A stretch of DNA of 56,951 bases from Desulfurococcales archaeon. GTDB lineage: Archaea; Thermoproteota; Thermoprotei_A; Sulfolobales; Desulfurococcaceae. The notes under the pieces were generated by a model. That model was given only the letters and a program-made list of their open reading frames with translations. It did no database searches and had not been told where the DNA came from. This document shows, piece by piece, positions 48,692 to 56,951 of this stretch. Both the position numbers and the translations under genes were made by a program. Every line of letters starts with the position of its first letter. The first letter of the stretch is position 1. The stretch is from contig JALVYU010000038.1 in the NCBI GenBank assembly GCA_027022365.1, positions 1 through 56,951 on the forward strand, written 5' to 3'.

Positions 48692-49803
48692 CAAAGATTT
48701 ATAGATAATATTTTTTCGGCATGCCTCATAATCACGTCCTCTCTAACCTCAACACCTATACCTGGCTTTTCAGGAACAATATATGTGCCGTCTTTCTCCA
48801 GCCTCCATGGAGTCTCGATTACGTCTTCTACGTAGAATCTATTCGACTCAGATATATCGTTGGGATACTTTACGTTCGGCAGTGTTGCCGCGGTGACCTG
48901 GAATGCCCGGCCAATACCTGTTTCTAGGAGACCCCCTATCCATACTGGGATACTGTGCTGTGAGGCATACCAGTGTATGGCTAGTGTCTCGCAGAGCCCC
49001 CCTACTCTTGCTGGCTTGATGTTTATGACCCTATAGCTTCTGAGGCTGTGGCCGGCCATCGCGTCATATATGTTCTTGATGCTTTCATCCAGGCATATGG
49101 GGGTATTGATCGTTTTCTGGAGAATGCTGTGCAAGTATAGGTCGTCATAGTGTAGTGGCTGCTCTATCATTAGTAAGTCGTACTCGTCCAGCTCCTCGAA
49201 AACTCTGTGGTCGTGGAGAGTATAGGCTGCATTCGCGTCTACTTGTAGCGGTATATCACCGTATTCTCGACGTATCTTCTTGACGGGTAGTATGTCCCAT
49301 CCGGGCTTTATCTTGATCTTTATCCTCCTATACCCCTTATCGAGGCCTAGAGCAACACTCTTGAGGAGCTTATCCATATCTCCTATGACGCCTATGCTTA
49401 GGCCTGCCTCAACTTTTCTCTTCACTCCTCCTATCATCCTATATAATGGTTCTTTATGCCTTTTAGCATAAAGATCCCATACTGCGAATTCTACTCCTGC
49501 TTTTGCCATATTATGTCCTCTTATCCTATACAATATACCTCTTAGAAGGCATGGATGCCTTATCTCTTTACCCCTGAGGGCCGGAGCGATATAGTCTTTT
49601 ATGACATGCATTGCAGTGCTAATTGTTTCGGGATTATACCATGGCCCATTATCGACTGGTGCTTCTCCCCAGCCCGTATTTCCCTCATCATCTCTTATCA
49701 TGATGAGAACGGTGTCCCTAACCTTCATTGTACCGAAACTTGTCGTAAAGGCTTCTCTGAGGGGTGCTCTATAGTGTATTATCTTTATCTCGGAGACCCT
49801 CAT
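48688..49803 (-). CDS. menC: N-succinylamino acid racemase / o-succinylbenzoate synthase (enolase superfamily)
   Basis: RIKIK, VDAN, EQP, DES, NIKPARVGG and DIS motifs; ATG 49803 overlaps the GNAT stop. Confidence 0.85.
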   Translation of the reverse strand: MRVSEIKIIHYRAPLREAFTTSFGTMKVRDTVLIMIRDDEGNTGWGEAPVDNGPWYNPETISTAMHVIKDYIAPALRGKEIRHPCLLRGILYRIRGHNMAKAGVEFAVWDLYAKRHKEPLYRMIGGVKRKVEAGLSIGVIGDMDKLLKSVALGLDKGYRRIKIKIKPGWDILPVKKIRREYGDIPLQVDANAAYTLHDHRVFEELDEYDLLMIEQPLHYDDLYLHSILQKTINTPICLDESIKNIYDAMAGHSLRSYRVINIKPARVGGLCETLAIHWYASQHSIPVWIGGLLETGIGRAFQVTAATLPNVKYPNDISESNRFYVEDVIETPWRLEKDGTYIVPEKPGIGVEVREDVIMRHAEKILSINLC

Positions 49804-50723
49804 GGGAGCTCGCCAGACAAAATTAGATCTAGACTTCTCCTCCATAAAACATAGTATGATCTAGGAATTTCTTTTCTTTCAACAATAAACCATACAACGG
49901 TGTATCCAAGCCTATTGATGTACTCCTCGAATACTTCTCTCAGCCCCAGCCTCCATCTCAATAGCTCTTCAACTGATCTCTTCCTAATCTCTGTGAGGCT
50001 GTAGGGGATCTCGGCTACGAGGATATCATTTCGTAGGCCGAGATCATAATCGATGAGAACAGGTATCCCGTCCTCTATTCTAGTCCTTGTTATATTTTCG
50101 GCTTTGAGCCCCGACAACGTCGTTGGGCCTGCGAGCTTCTTCTCCATAGCCAGCTCTACGCGTCTGGATGCTATCCACCATTCTGCCTCGAACCTGTCGC
50201 TCGGCATCCCCCTGTTTATCTCGTCCTCCATCTCGCCATAGTAATTGGGCTTGAACCTCCTCACTATGACGCCGTTCTTGACTATGTTGAAGTAGGCATT
50301 ACTGGATTGTAGAGGGTCATAGGTCCATCTGTAGAGTACATAGCCTTTCTCAAGCGCTAGTTTTCTCTGCCATTTCTTCAGTTTCTCCCCGAGGTCCTTT
50401 CCCCTTAGCTCAGGGACGAAGCCGAAGAGGTGGCTGTACAAGTAGTGCTGGCCGTCCCTATATCCGGGTATGCTGAAGAGGAGGCCTACCGCCTCGCCAG
50501 TTTGTTTATCAAATAGGCCTAGAACTACTCCGCCATGCCTATGGCCCGCTATTATCATGTGGTATGTGACTGCCTCTATGTATCCCGGCATCCCCCATAT
50601 CTTGATCTGTACGTTCATGAGCTCACGGTAGTCCCTCGGCCTACATGGCTCCCTTATAACGAGTTCTCTATCGCAGATACTTATTTCCTCGTAGATCCTG
50701 CACGACGGGTCTTTATTCCTCAA
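49800..50723 (-). CDS. GNAT-family acyltransferase (putative D-amino acid N-succinyltransferase)
   Basis: YSHLFG..PELRG..LG..LK..QR, WTYDPL..NAYFN, YYG.M.D.INRGMPSDRF; start approximate. Confidence 0.8.
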   Translation of the reverse strand: MRNKDPSCRIYEEISICDRELVIREPCRPRDYRELMNVQIKIWGMPGYIEAVTYHMIIAGHRHGGVVLGLFDKQTGEAVGLLFSIPGYRDGQHYLYSHLFGFVPELRGKDLGEKLKKWQRKLALEKGYVLYRWTYDPLQSSNAYFNIVKNGVIVRRFKPNYYGEMEDEINRGMPSDRFEAEWWIASRRVELAMEKKLAGPTTLSGLKAENITRTRIEDGIPVLIDYDLGLRNDILVAEIPYSLTEIRKRSVEELLRWRLGLREVFEEYINRLGYTVVWFIVERKEIPRSYYVLWRRSLDLILSGELP

Positions 50724-50991
50724 CGTATTCGATCCTCTCGAGACCAAGTGCTTCTTCAACGATAATGTCGACCTGGTCTCCGGCTGCCTCCTTGTATGTT
50801 TTTCCCTCTAGCTCTTTGAGCTTGTCATACGTCTTCTTTATCTTATCCGCCGGGATGTATATGAATTCTCCATCACTTGTTTCCAGGAGGACAACGTACT
50901 TTTTTCTACGATGATCGACGACGATGTGGAGAATAGGGTAGCTTTCATCATGGATATCTTGGAAAGCCGCCATGTCACGGGCACCAAACAA
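50713..50991 (-). CDS. Small acidic hypothetical protein
   Basis: 92-aa ORF filling the gap in a co-oriented operon. Confidence 0.6.
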   Translation of the reverse strand: MFGARDMAAFQDIHDESYPILHIVVDHRRKKYVVLLETSDGEFIYIPADKIKKTYDKLKELEGKTYKEAAGDQVDIIVEEALGLERIEYVEE

Positions 50992-50997
50992 TGTGTC

Positions 50998-52137
50998 TTA
51001 GTCGAGAGGCGAATATCCTGTTTCAAGTATTTTAGAGTAATATCCATGCGTGTCCTTGAGCTTCATCAGCTCCACCTCAACACCCTCCCTACTAGTACCT
51101 ATTATCTTCACCACTGCATCGACACCTAGCTCCTCGAGAAACTCCAGATAATCTCTCAGGTCTTCCTCGCTTGGGAATACTAGTTTATAGGTTGCCGCTA
51201 TTAGTCTACCCTTACTCCTTGCTTTGAGGCTCTCAACTGCTGGTCCCAGAATAGCTCTACCTAGTCGGAGAGCTATACGGTCTAGTTCCTCGTTGCTAAG
51301 GCCATACTCATATGCTTGACATATAAGCCTAACAATCCTTGAGAAAAGATAGCCTCTCCCTTCATCAAAGGGGTATTTCATGCCTTCCTCTATATCCTTT
51401 ATATTAATATAGATAGTAGTATACTTGAGCGGGGAGACACGGTGCATCGGATCTTTGATAACAACACCCTCCCTGCCCCTCTTATCAAGATCGTCTATTA
51501 TTTCCCTGAGCCTTCCCAGCTCGTTCTTGTTAAGTCGGGCGAGGACGGGGACCCGTTTAAGGCTATATTTGTCAACAATCTCATCCCTCAAGCTGAGCGG
51601 TGCAAGGGCTCCATTCTTCATTACATCAAAGATGAAGTAGTCGAAGCCATGGGCTTCCGGATACTCATAGACTACATATGGGTTCTCAGTGCCGATCACT
51701 TCACCGGCGAGAACTACGTCTTCGTACTCGCTGAGGGCTTCTCTTAATCTTTCACCATATATTTTCTCTATCCTAGCGGTTGTGTAGGGGCATATGTATC
51801 CCCCTCTCGTAATGGCTAGAATTCTATCGTTGACAAGAACTATCCTCACATTGTACCCGTTCATTTTCTCTTCAACGACGATCTCATCGATCATATGTAG
51901 AGGAACACCCTCAAGAAGAGCTAGTCTCCGAATACTCGGATAACCATGAATTATTTTTTCCTCGCTGAGAAAAATCACGGTGCCTTCACGAAAACCTCCC
52001 AAGTCCTCTCTTAAAACAACATAATCGATACCACGATAGCTCATAATTCTAATTGTTCTGCCCATCTTTTTCTCCAAGACATCCCTGGTTATTCCCAGTA
52101 TTTCCGCTAATCTCTTTAGAATATTGTTGGTATCCAA
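50998..52137 (-). CDS. ATP-dependent RNA ligase (Rnl3 / Pab1020 family)
   Basis: EEKMNGYNVR motif I, TRGG.ICP, GEVIG.ENPY, FIFD, REGVVIK and KYTT; TTG start after GGAGGTGA. Confidence 0.92.
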   Translation of the reverse strand: MDTNNILKRLAEILGITRDVLEKKMGRTIRIMSYRGIDYVVLREDLGGFREGTVIFLSEEKIIHGYPSIRRLALLEGVPLHMIDEIVVEEKMNGYNVRIVLVNDRILAITRGGYICPYTTARIEKIYGERLREALSEYEDVVLAGEVIGTENPYVVYEYPEAHGFDYFIFDVMKNGALAPLSLRDEIVDKYSLKRVPVLARLNKNELGRLREIIDDLDKRGREGVVIKDPMHRVSPLKYTTIYINIKDIEEGMKYPFDEGRGYLFSRIVRLICQAYEYGLSNEELDRIALRLGRAILGPAVESLKARSKGRLIAATYKLVFPSEEDLRDYLEFLEELGVDAVVKIIGTSREGVEVELMKLKDTHGYYSKILETGYSPLD

Positions 52138-52319
52138 TTGTTTCACCTCCCGTACTAATGTATTTTATTAATATATTGTTTTTCAACATGCTGAACCATT
52201 TTATTGTATTAGGGTTTAAATACTTCAGATATTATATATTACCGAGAAATATGATAATTATTTCCATCCATAAAACTTTGTTCATTATTTTTAAATAATA
52301 TAAACTTTTGGTGATCTGT

Positions 52320-53165
52320 ATGGCAACTTATAACAAGATAATGACTTCGCTAAAGATTCTAAGAGAGCTAGACAGTATACTGGATTTCTCACGATCATCT
52401 AATCAGCTTCTAATAGTGTTCTATTTGTCAAGCATAGAGGGAGAAACAAGTATTTCCGAGCTCGCCGTAAAACTGAAGCTTTCACGCAAGAGTATCTTGG
52501 ATAGTATTAGGAAGCTAGAGCGAAAAGGGCTCGTCAAGAAAATCTATAAGGAAGATGATATCTATCTTTCTCTCTCCGATAAAGGAAGGGAATATATGCG
52601 AAAACTAATGACTATCCTATCTACACGTCATGAAGCCCCAATGCCTAGCCCCGATACAGCCCTAAAGGTTATGACTAGGATCAATATTGGGCATGAACTA
52701 GTGACAGCCTACAGGATCTATAGGGCACTTATAGCTCTCGGATTCTCGGGGAAAACCCATATGAGCCTGAAGGAGCTCTCGAAGCACATGGGTTTAAGCG
52801 CGGAAAGAGCAAAGAGCTATCTGGACGCATTCAGTGCTTCTCCATCCAGGCTTTTCAGGAGAATAACAGCGCCCACTGGAGTATATTATAGGCTTGACAA
52901 GGAGGGTAAGCGCATACTTTACTACTCTCCGCACTACATCGCCTACAAGAAGTCGAAGCTCTACAGTCTCCTAGCCAATATGTTTAAAACACCCTGGCTG
53001 GACGAGATCATCGGTAAACTTGGCCTTGTTTTTGTCCCAGCGTTAATAGTTGTTTCCATTCTAGGAGGAATAATTGGAGGAGTACTTCTTGCCTCGTCAA
53101 TCCTTTCAGGGGGAGGATTGTTTTTTTCACTAATAGTGATGTTATTGTTAAGGATTAAGCCATGA
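52320..53165 (+). CDS. arnR: ArnR-like membrane-bound archaellum transcription regulator
   Basis: N-terminal wHTH (SISELA..L..SRKSILDSIRKLERKGLV), second HTH-like region, two C-terminal TMs, next to arlB. Confidence 0.7.
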   Translation: MATYNKIMTSLKILRELDSILDFSRSSNQLLIVFYLSSIEGETSISELAVKLKLSRKSILDSIRKLERKGLVKKIYKEDDIYLSLSDKGREYMRKLMTILSTRHEAPMPSPDTALKVMTRINIGHELVTAYRIYRALIALGFSGKTHMSLKELSKHMGLSAERAKSYLDAFSASPSRLFRRITAPTGVYYRLDKEGKRILYYSPHYIAYKKSKLYSLLANMFKTPWLDEIIGKLGLVFVPALIVVSILGGIIGGVLLASSILSGGGLFFSLIVMLLLRIKP

Positions 53166-53493
53166 TCTTCTCCACATACTTCAAAACAATATTTATCAGC
53201 TTCTCGGCTAATCGCTCTGCATCTACTCTCTTGTTCAGGGTCAATAATAATATCTTCTCTCCGAACATTATGCCTAGATACTTGTTCCTAAAACCATTAC
53301 CACCCAAAATAATGTACATACCGTGGCGTTTAGGGAAAAACAGATTCTCTGCCAAGAAAACCGTCTCATCATCGATCTCGGGGGGCCAATAAGCTAGTAT
53401 ACCTTCCTCAAAACTAATTATAGCTGCTGCCTTAATCCCGACCCCATCCACAAGTACCGATAATGGTTCCCAGGGCCTGCCTATTCCGGGCAT
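53155..53493 (-). CDS. Small hypothetical protein, roadblock/LC7 (MglB)- or profilin-like fold
   Basis: GIKAAAIISFEEGILAY...GEKILLLTL...helix pattern; ATG 53493 (ORF open to 53559). Confidence 0.45.
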   Translation of the reverse strand: MPGIGRPWEPLSVLVDGVGIKAAAIISFEEGILAYWPPEIDDETVFLAENLFFPKRHGMYIILGGNGFRNKYLGIMFGEKILLLTLNKRVDAERLAEKLINIVLKYVEKIMA

Positions 53494-53622
53494 GAATTTT
53501 TCACTACCAATTTTGCTATGATTATCTATTTTTGTACTAAATATCAATCTCCTCACCAAGATAATGTTTTTGTTTTCGTTCGGAGTTAAGGATAACTTCT
53601 TCTATCGATCAAATGCTCTCGG

Positions 53623-53680
53623 CTGGCGAGTGTTCGGCGAAAAAATTGTTCCACAAGCCTTCGCCGAGAATATTGCCAGT
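53623..53680. promoter_or_regulatory. Imperfect inverted repeat upstream of arlB (candidate ArnR operator)
   Basis: CTGGC..TCGGCGAA ... TTCGCCGA..GCCAG about 25-80 bp upstream of the TATA-like CTATAAAC (~53703). Confidence 0.4.
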
Positions 53681-53771
53681 TAGTCGTCAAAATTCTACAA
53701 TCCTATAAACAAACCATTGACAAGGTATTACATAGAAAAGTAATTTGAAGCGAGCGCCGGGGTGATAGCCA

Positions 53772-54512
53772 GTGAAGAAGCCGAGGCACCACAAGAAGAA
53801 GAAAAAAGGTATTGTAGGCATTGAAGCCGCCATCGTTCTGATCGCCTTCGTGATCGTGGCTGCAGCACTAGCATTCGTAGTGCTGAACATGGGTATGTTC
53901 ACAACACAGAAAAGCAAAGAAGTGATCAGCAGGGGCCTTGAGGAATCAACCAGTGCTCTACAAGTAGCAGGAACAATCACGGCAGAAGTAGGCAGCGACG
54001 GCAAGGTCGACGCTATAGCGATACCCATACAAGTAGCGCCCGGTAGAGAAGCTGTTGATCTATCTACAAACGTGACTACAATCTACTTCCAGACACCATA
54101 CAATACCTATACCAACATTCACATCGGTGTATGGAAAGTCGTGTTTAACCCGACATATAACCTTTACCAGCTAATCTGGGTAGCAGGACCAGTTAAGCCA
54201 ACAACGACCGTATTCAACCTAACCGGGGCACCCAGCATAAAACAGATAATCACCGACCTAAACACTGCCAACCCATTGGCAGGAAACACTGTTGGTTTCA
54301 TAGTATTGTTCAACATACCGAACAATGAGAACACAACAATTCTTAAGTTCGGCGAAAAAGCCCTGGTCGTCGTACTGCTGAGCTCCACTGATGAGCTAAC
54401 GTACTACCAGCAGTTTACCGCCGAGCTAAGACCACCGGTCGGTGCTCCTCTAACAATTACGAGGAGCATGCCAGCCTCATTAACACCCAATACATTGATA
54501 GCACTATCTTAG
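53772..54512 (+). CDS. arlB: Archaellin
   Basis: Class III signal peptide KKKKKG|IVGIEAAIVLIAFVIVAAALAF, QKSKE..SRG and many NxT sequons. Confidence 0.95.
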   Translation: MKKPRHHKKKKKGIVGIEAAIVLIAFVIVAAALAFVVLNMGMFTTQKSKEVISRGLEESTSALQVAGTITAEVGSDGKVDAIAIPIQVAPGREAVDLSTNVTTIYFQTPYNTYTNIHIGVWKVVFNPTYNLYQLIWVAGPVKPTTTVFNLTGAPSIKQIITDLNTANPLAGNTVGFIVLFNIPNNENTTILKFGEKALVVVLLSSTDELTYYQQFTAELRPPVGAPLTITRSMPASLTPNTLIALS

Positions 54513-54584
54513 CGTTAGCCATGTGGTCACGGCATCCGTCTAAATACCATAACTTTTTTCCGTATAACCATAGCTTCCCGGGGC

Positions 54585-55016
54585 GTGATCCCCCCTATGA
54601 AGACTGATAAGTACATGAACGAGTTTACAAAAGGGTTCCTGAGGGGGGCAGTCGTATCTATATTTCTACTATCAATTATAGATGCGTTTGTGCTTGTATT
54701 TTCCGTGTTTGTTTTTAATATGATAGTTCATTCATTAATACCCCCAATACCGAGAATAGTGTTAGGTCTTTTACCCCTCGTTTTAGCCATATTTGCGACT
54801 TCTAGGATTGTATATGATATAATAGATCTAAGTATAATTTCTGGCAATGTCTTAATCATGGATTTCAGCCCCGATTTTTTCGAGAAGAACCCAGAAGACT
54901 CATTGAAAAACTCGTGCCAGGCAATACATTGTTGCGGAGACACATCATCATTCCTATACTGCTTCGCTTCACCCGAAAAACCCTCATGGAACTATACAAA
55001 CAAGCCGTGGAGGTGA
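54585..55016 (+). CDS. Hypothetical two-TM membrane protein with a Cys-rich tail inside the arl operon
   Basis: Two hydrophobic helices, C-x4-CC-x8-C tail; stop overlaps the GGAGGTGA SD of the next gene. Confidence 0.5.
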   Translation: MIPPMKTDKYMNEFTKGFLRGAVVSIFLLSIIDAFVLVFSVFVFNMIVHSLIPPIPRIVLGLLPLVLAIFATSRIVYDIIDLSIISGNVLIMDFSPDFFEKNPEDSLKNSCQAIHCCGDTSSFLYCFASPEKPSWNYTNKPWR

Positions 55017-55021
55017 ATGCT

Positions 55022-55837
55022 TTGGCCGAAGCCAGTACAAGTCCTCCGCCGACGGAGATCGATGAATTAAGGAAAGAGATCGAAGAGCTCAAAAACAGCC
55101 TAGAGGAACTCAAAGAAGTCGTCGCAGAGATAAGAGCTAGTCTCTCGGATCTCCAGAACCCATTCGCTATGCTTTCAGCCCCACCACAGGAAACTATTCC
55201 CGAGACGAAGGCTCCCCTGACCCCTAGTGAACGTGAAGCCGAGGAAATGAGAGAGGGGAGAAGTGAGGCTGAAGTAAAGCCGGAGATCAAGATCCCTGTT
55301 TCCGGAGGGAGGAGAGGGTTGAGTAAGGCGGCCAGGAAGGAAATAGGAATTAAAACAAAGGAGACTATAAGCGGTGGGAAAGAGTATCTGAGCCTAGAGG
55401 ATCTCAGGGACTTGATAACCGAGATCGGGAAAGCAATCCGTGAAGAGTACAGCGAGAAAATCGTTAGGCAGTCCAAGACCATGGATGTTAGGAGAGTCAT
55501 ACGAATACTGAAAACAATATATTCGCTACGCAAGGCTTTACCTAAAGAAAGCATAGAGAACATTGTCAAGCTAGCACAGATACTCGGGCTGATCACAAGT
55601 GATGATAGGGAGGTACTAGATACTGTAATATCCCTTGTGGAGGACGCCCTTAAACAGGATCTTACTCCCGATGAACAGATTCTTGTCCTTTACATACTCA
55701 TGAAGAATCTAGGCTATGTCGACGAGAACCTTGAGGACGAGATACTCAAGATCGTGTCGGGAGTAATATTGTCGAAGAAAAAACGGAAGGAACCCGGAAA
55801 TGACGAGCTCGCAAGAGGCGTTGTCGGGGGCTCCTAG
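55022..55837 (+). CDS. Archaellum accessory protein, ArlC/D/E-like (coiled coil ending in NPF plus ArlD/E-like C-terminal domain)
   Basis: Heptads then LSDLQNPF; C-terminal LGLIT...LTPDEQILVLYILMKNLG; no TM; TTG start after GGAGGTGA. Confidence 0.6.
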   Translation: MAEASTSPPPTEIDELRKEIEELKNSLEELKEVVAEIRASLSDLQNPFAMLSAPPQETIPETKAPLTPSEREAEEMREGRSEAEVKPEIKIPVSGGRRGLSKAARKEIGIKTKETISGGKEYLSLEDLRDLITEIGKAIREEYSEKIVRQSKTMDVRRVIRILKTIYSLRKALPKESIENIVKLAQILGLITSDDREVLDTVISLVEDALKQDLTPDEQILVLYILMKNLGYVDENLEDEILKIVSGVILSKKKRKEPGNDELARGVVGGS

Positions 55838-55866
55838 TTTTTCCCCGATAGAGGGTGGTATATGCC

Positions 55867-56325
55867 ATGGTCTCTACGACGATATCGCAGGCACTGCTTA
55901 CTATAGTGGCGATATCATTAGCGGTGGCTCTAGCCGTAGCTGTGATGTCTCAGCTAAGCAATATTCTAAACTCAATGAGCATCGCTGTTAATCATCGCAG
56001 CGAAGCCCTCCGTATGGTCATAACTGTTACAAATGCATACTATGATCCCGTATCCCATACCTTCCACATATTCATCAAGAACACCGGAGACGTGCCTTAT
56101 AGCGACTTCAATAATATTGATGTCTATCTCGGCAATGCTAGCGGCGTCTTAGACTACTATAACATTTCCACGGCAAACATCACAGAGTACGGTCCTGAGC
56201 CTGGAGTCTGGGTTCCCGGCGAGACCATAGAGATAACGATTAACACGACGACAGCCTACTCTCCTCCCTACGAGGTAAAGATCGTGTTATCCAACGGCGT
56301 GTCGACAACCTACGTGTTCGGCTAG
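55867..56325 (+). CDS. arlG: Archaellum protein ArlG
   Basis: MVSTTISQALL.. N-terminal TM, IKNTG and W.PGET. Confidence 0.82.
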   Translation: MVSTTISQALLTIVAISLAVALAVAVMSQLSNILNSMSIAVNHRSEALRMVITVTNAYYDPVSHTFHIFIKNTGDVPYSDFNNIDVYLGNASGVLDYYNISTANITEYGPEPGVWVPGETIEITINTTTAYSPPYEVKIVLSNGVSTTYVFG

Positions 56326-56345
56326 AATAAACGGTGGTGATCTCC

Positions 56346-56885
56346 TTGGGAGTAAGTACAACGATGAGCGGAGCAATAGTCTTGTTCCTGATACTGTTCG
56401 CCAGCGTCGCAGTAATCGGTAGTATGTTTGAAAAAATCACCGACCTCGCTGAGGAGATAAGGAGCAATAACGCCCTAGCCCTTAAGATGATCTATGATCA
56501 CATAGTTATAACTAATTACACAATTAACTCCCGGAAATGGGTTGGCTCAAACTTAATGGTCAACATGACCATCCTCGTCAAGAACAAGGGCCAAGACCCG
56601 ATATGGGATTTGAACTCAACGGACATATATGTCACATATCTTGAGAACACAACAGGCAACATAAGGTCGATCAGGCTTGTCTACGGCGTGAACTGGAGCA
56701 TACCAGCAATAATTCTCACAGAAAACTTCACTATACCATTTACTAAGCACCCGCTCATAGACCAAGGCGAGACAGGCGTTATCAATCTGGTCTTCTACGC
56801 CCCGATAAACACGACCTACCCTATCAGGATAACCTTCGTCTCACAGTACGGTTCAAAAGCATCGACATGGGTGCCGCTGGGGTGA
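56346..56885 (+). CDS. arlF: Archaellum protein ArlF
   Basis: MGVSTTMSGAI N-terminal TM, VKNKG and PxRITFVSQYG. Confidence 0.8.
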   Translation: MGVSTTMSGAIVLFLILFASVAVIGSMFEKITDLAEEIRSNNALALKMIYDHIVITNYTINSRKWVGSNLMVNMTILVKNKGQDPIWDLNSTDIYVTYLENTTGNIRSIRLVYGVNWSIPAIILTENFTIPFTKHPLIDQGETGVINLVFYAPINTTYPIRITFVSQYGSKASTWVPLG

Positions 56886-56889
56886 GACG

Positions 56890-56951
56890 ATGAGTGAGGA
56901 GAGAGAAGTTATATCGACGGGTAACGAGGAGCTTGACTTAAAGCTTGCTGG
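56890..56951 (+). CDS. arlH: Archaellum protein ArlH (KaiC-like), 5' partial
   Basis: MSEEREVISTGNEELDLKLAG matches the ISTGN.ELD..L.G N-terminus; follows arlF. Confidence 0.8.
   Translation, partial: MSEEREVISTGNEELDLKLA

Noticed and set aside
54865-55596. 243-aa minus-strand ORF and the many other short antisense ORFs in the track
   Set aside because: Ser/Leu-rich antisense shadows of well-supported genes.

Overview
Chromosomal segment from a hyperthermophilic crenarchaeon, most consistent with Desulfurococcales/Desulfurococcaceae. The assignment is inferred from Hjc, PINA, Rnl3 RNA ligase, crenarchaeal arginine decarboxylase, an ArnR-like regulator and GGTGA/GGAGG Shine-Dalgarno sites. 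It holds about 50 mostly housekeeping or metabolic genes: a radical SAM/DUF89/amidohydrolase/Mo-oxidoreductase/SufBD operon, TtuA, a DHS-like + ArgDC pair, an orphan methyltransferase, an ArsR-DUF4097 / giant MMPL / PadR module, Lrp-AlaX, feoAB with a DtxR-type box, hjc, an NSS transporter with its small subunit, PINA, an ArcE-like protein, ppsA, biotin carboxylase, ferredoxin, a nucleoside ABC transporter, deoC, GNAT-NSAR/OSBS, RNA ligase and the start of an archaellum cluster. No CRISPR array, tRNA, rRNA or mobile element was seen. Features missing from the ORF track are a box C/D sRNA, a 22-aa basic peptide with a structured leader, a 38-aa MetS-like subunit, a second structured RNA candidate, a frameshifted gene and partial arlH. 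The most unusual observations are (1) a crenarchaeal-order archaellum operon carrying an ArlC/D/E-like soluble protein and a separate Cys-rich membrane protein where ArlX is expected, plus a roadblock-like gene; (2) a bacterial SpeY-type DHS homologue coupled to arginine decarboxylase; and (3) the wHTH-beta-solenoid / giant MMPL / PadR module. All family calls come from motif recognition by eye, not database searches.
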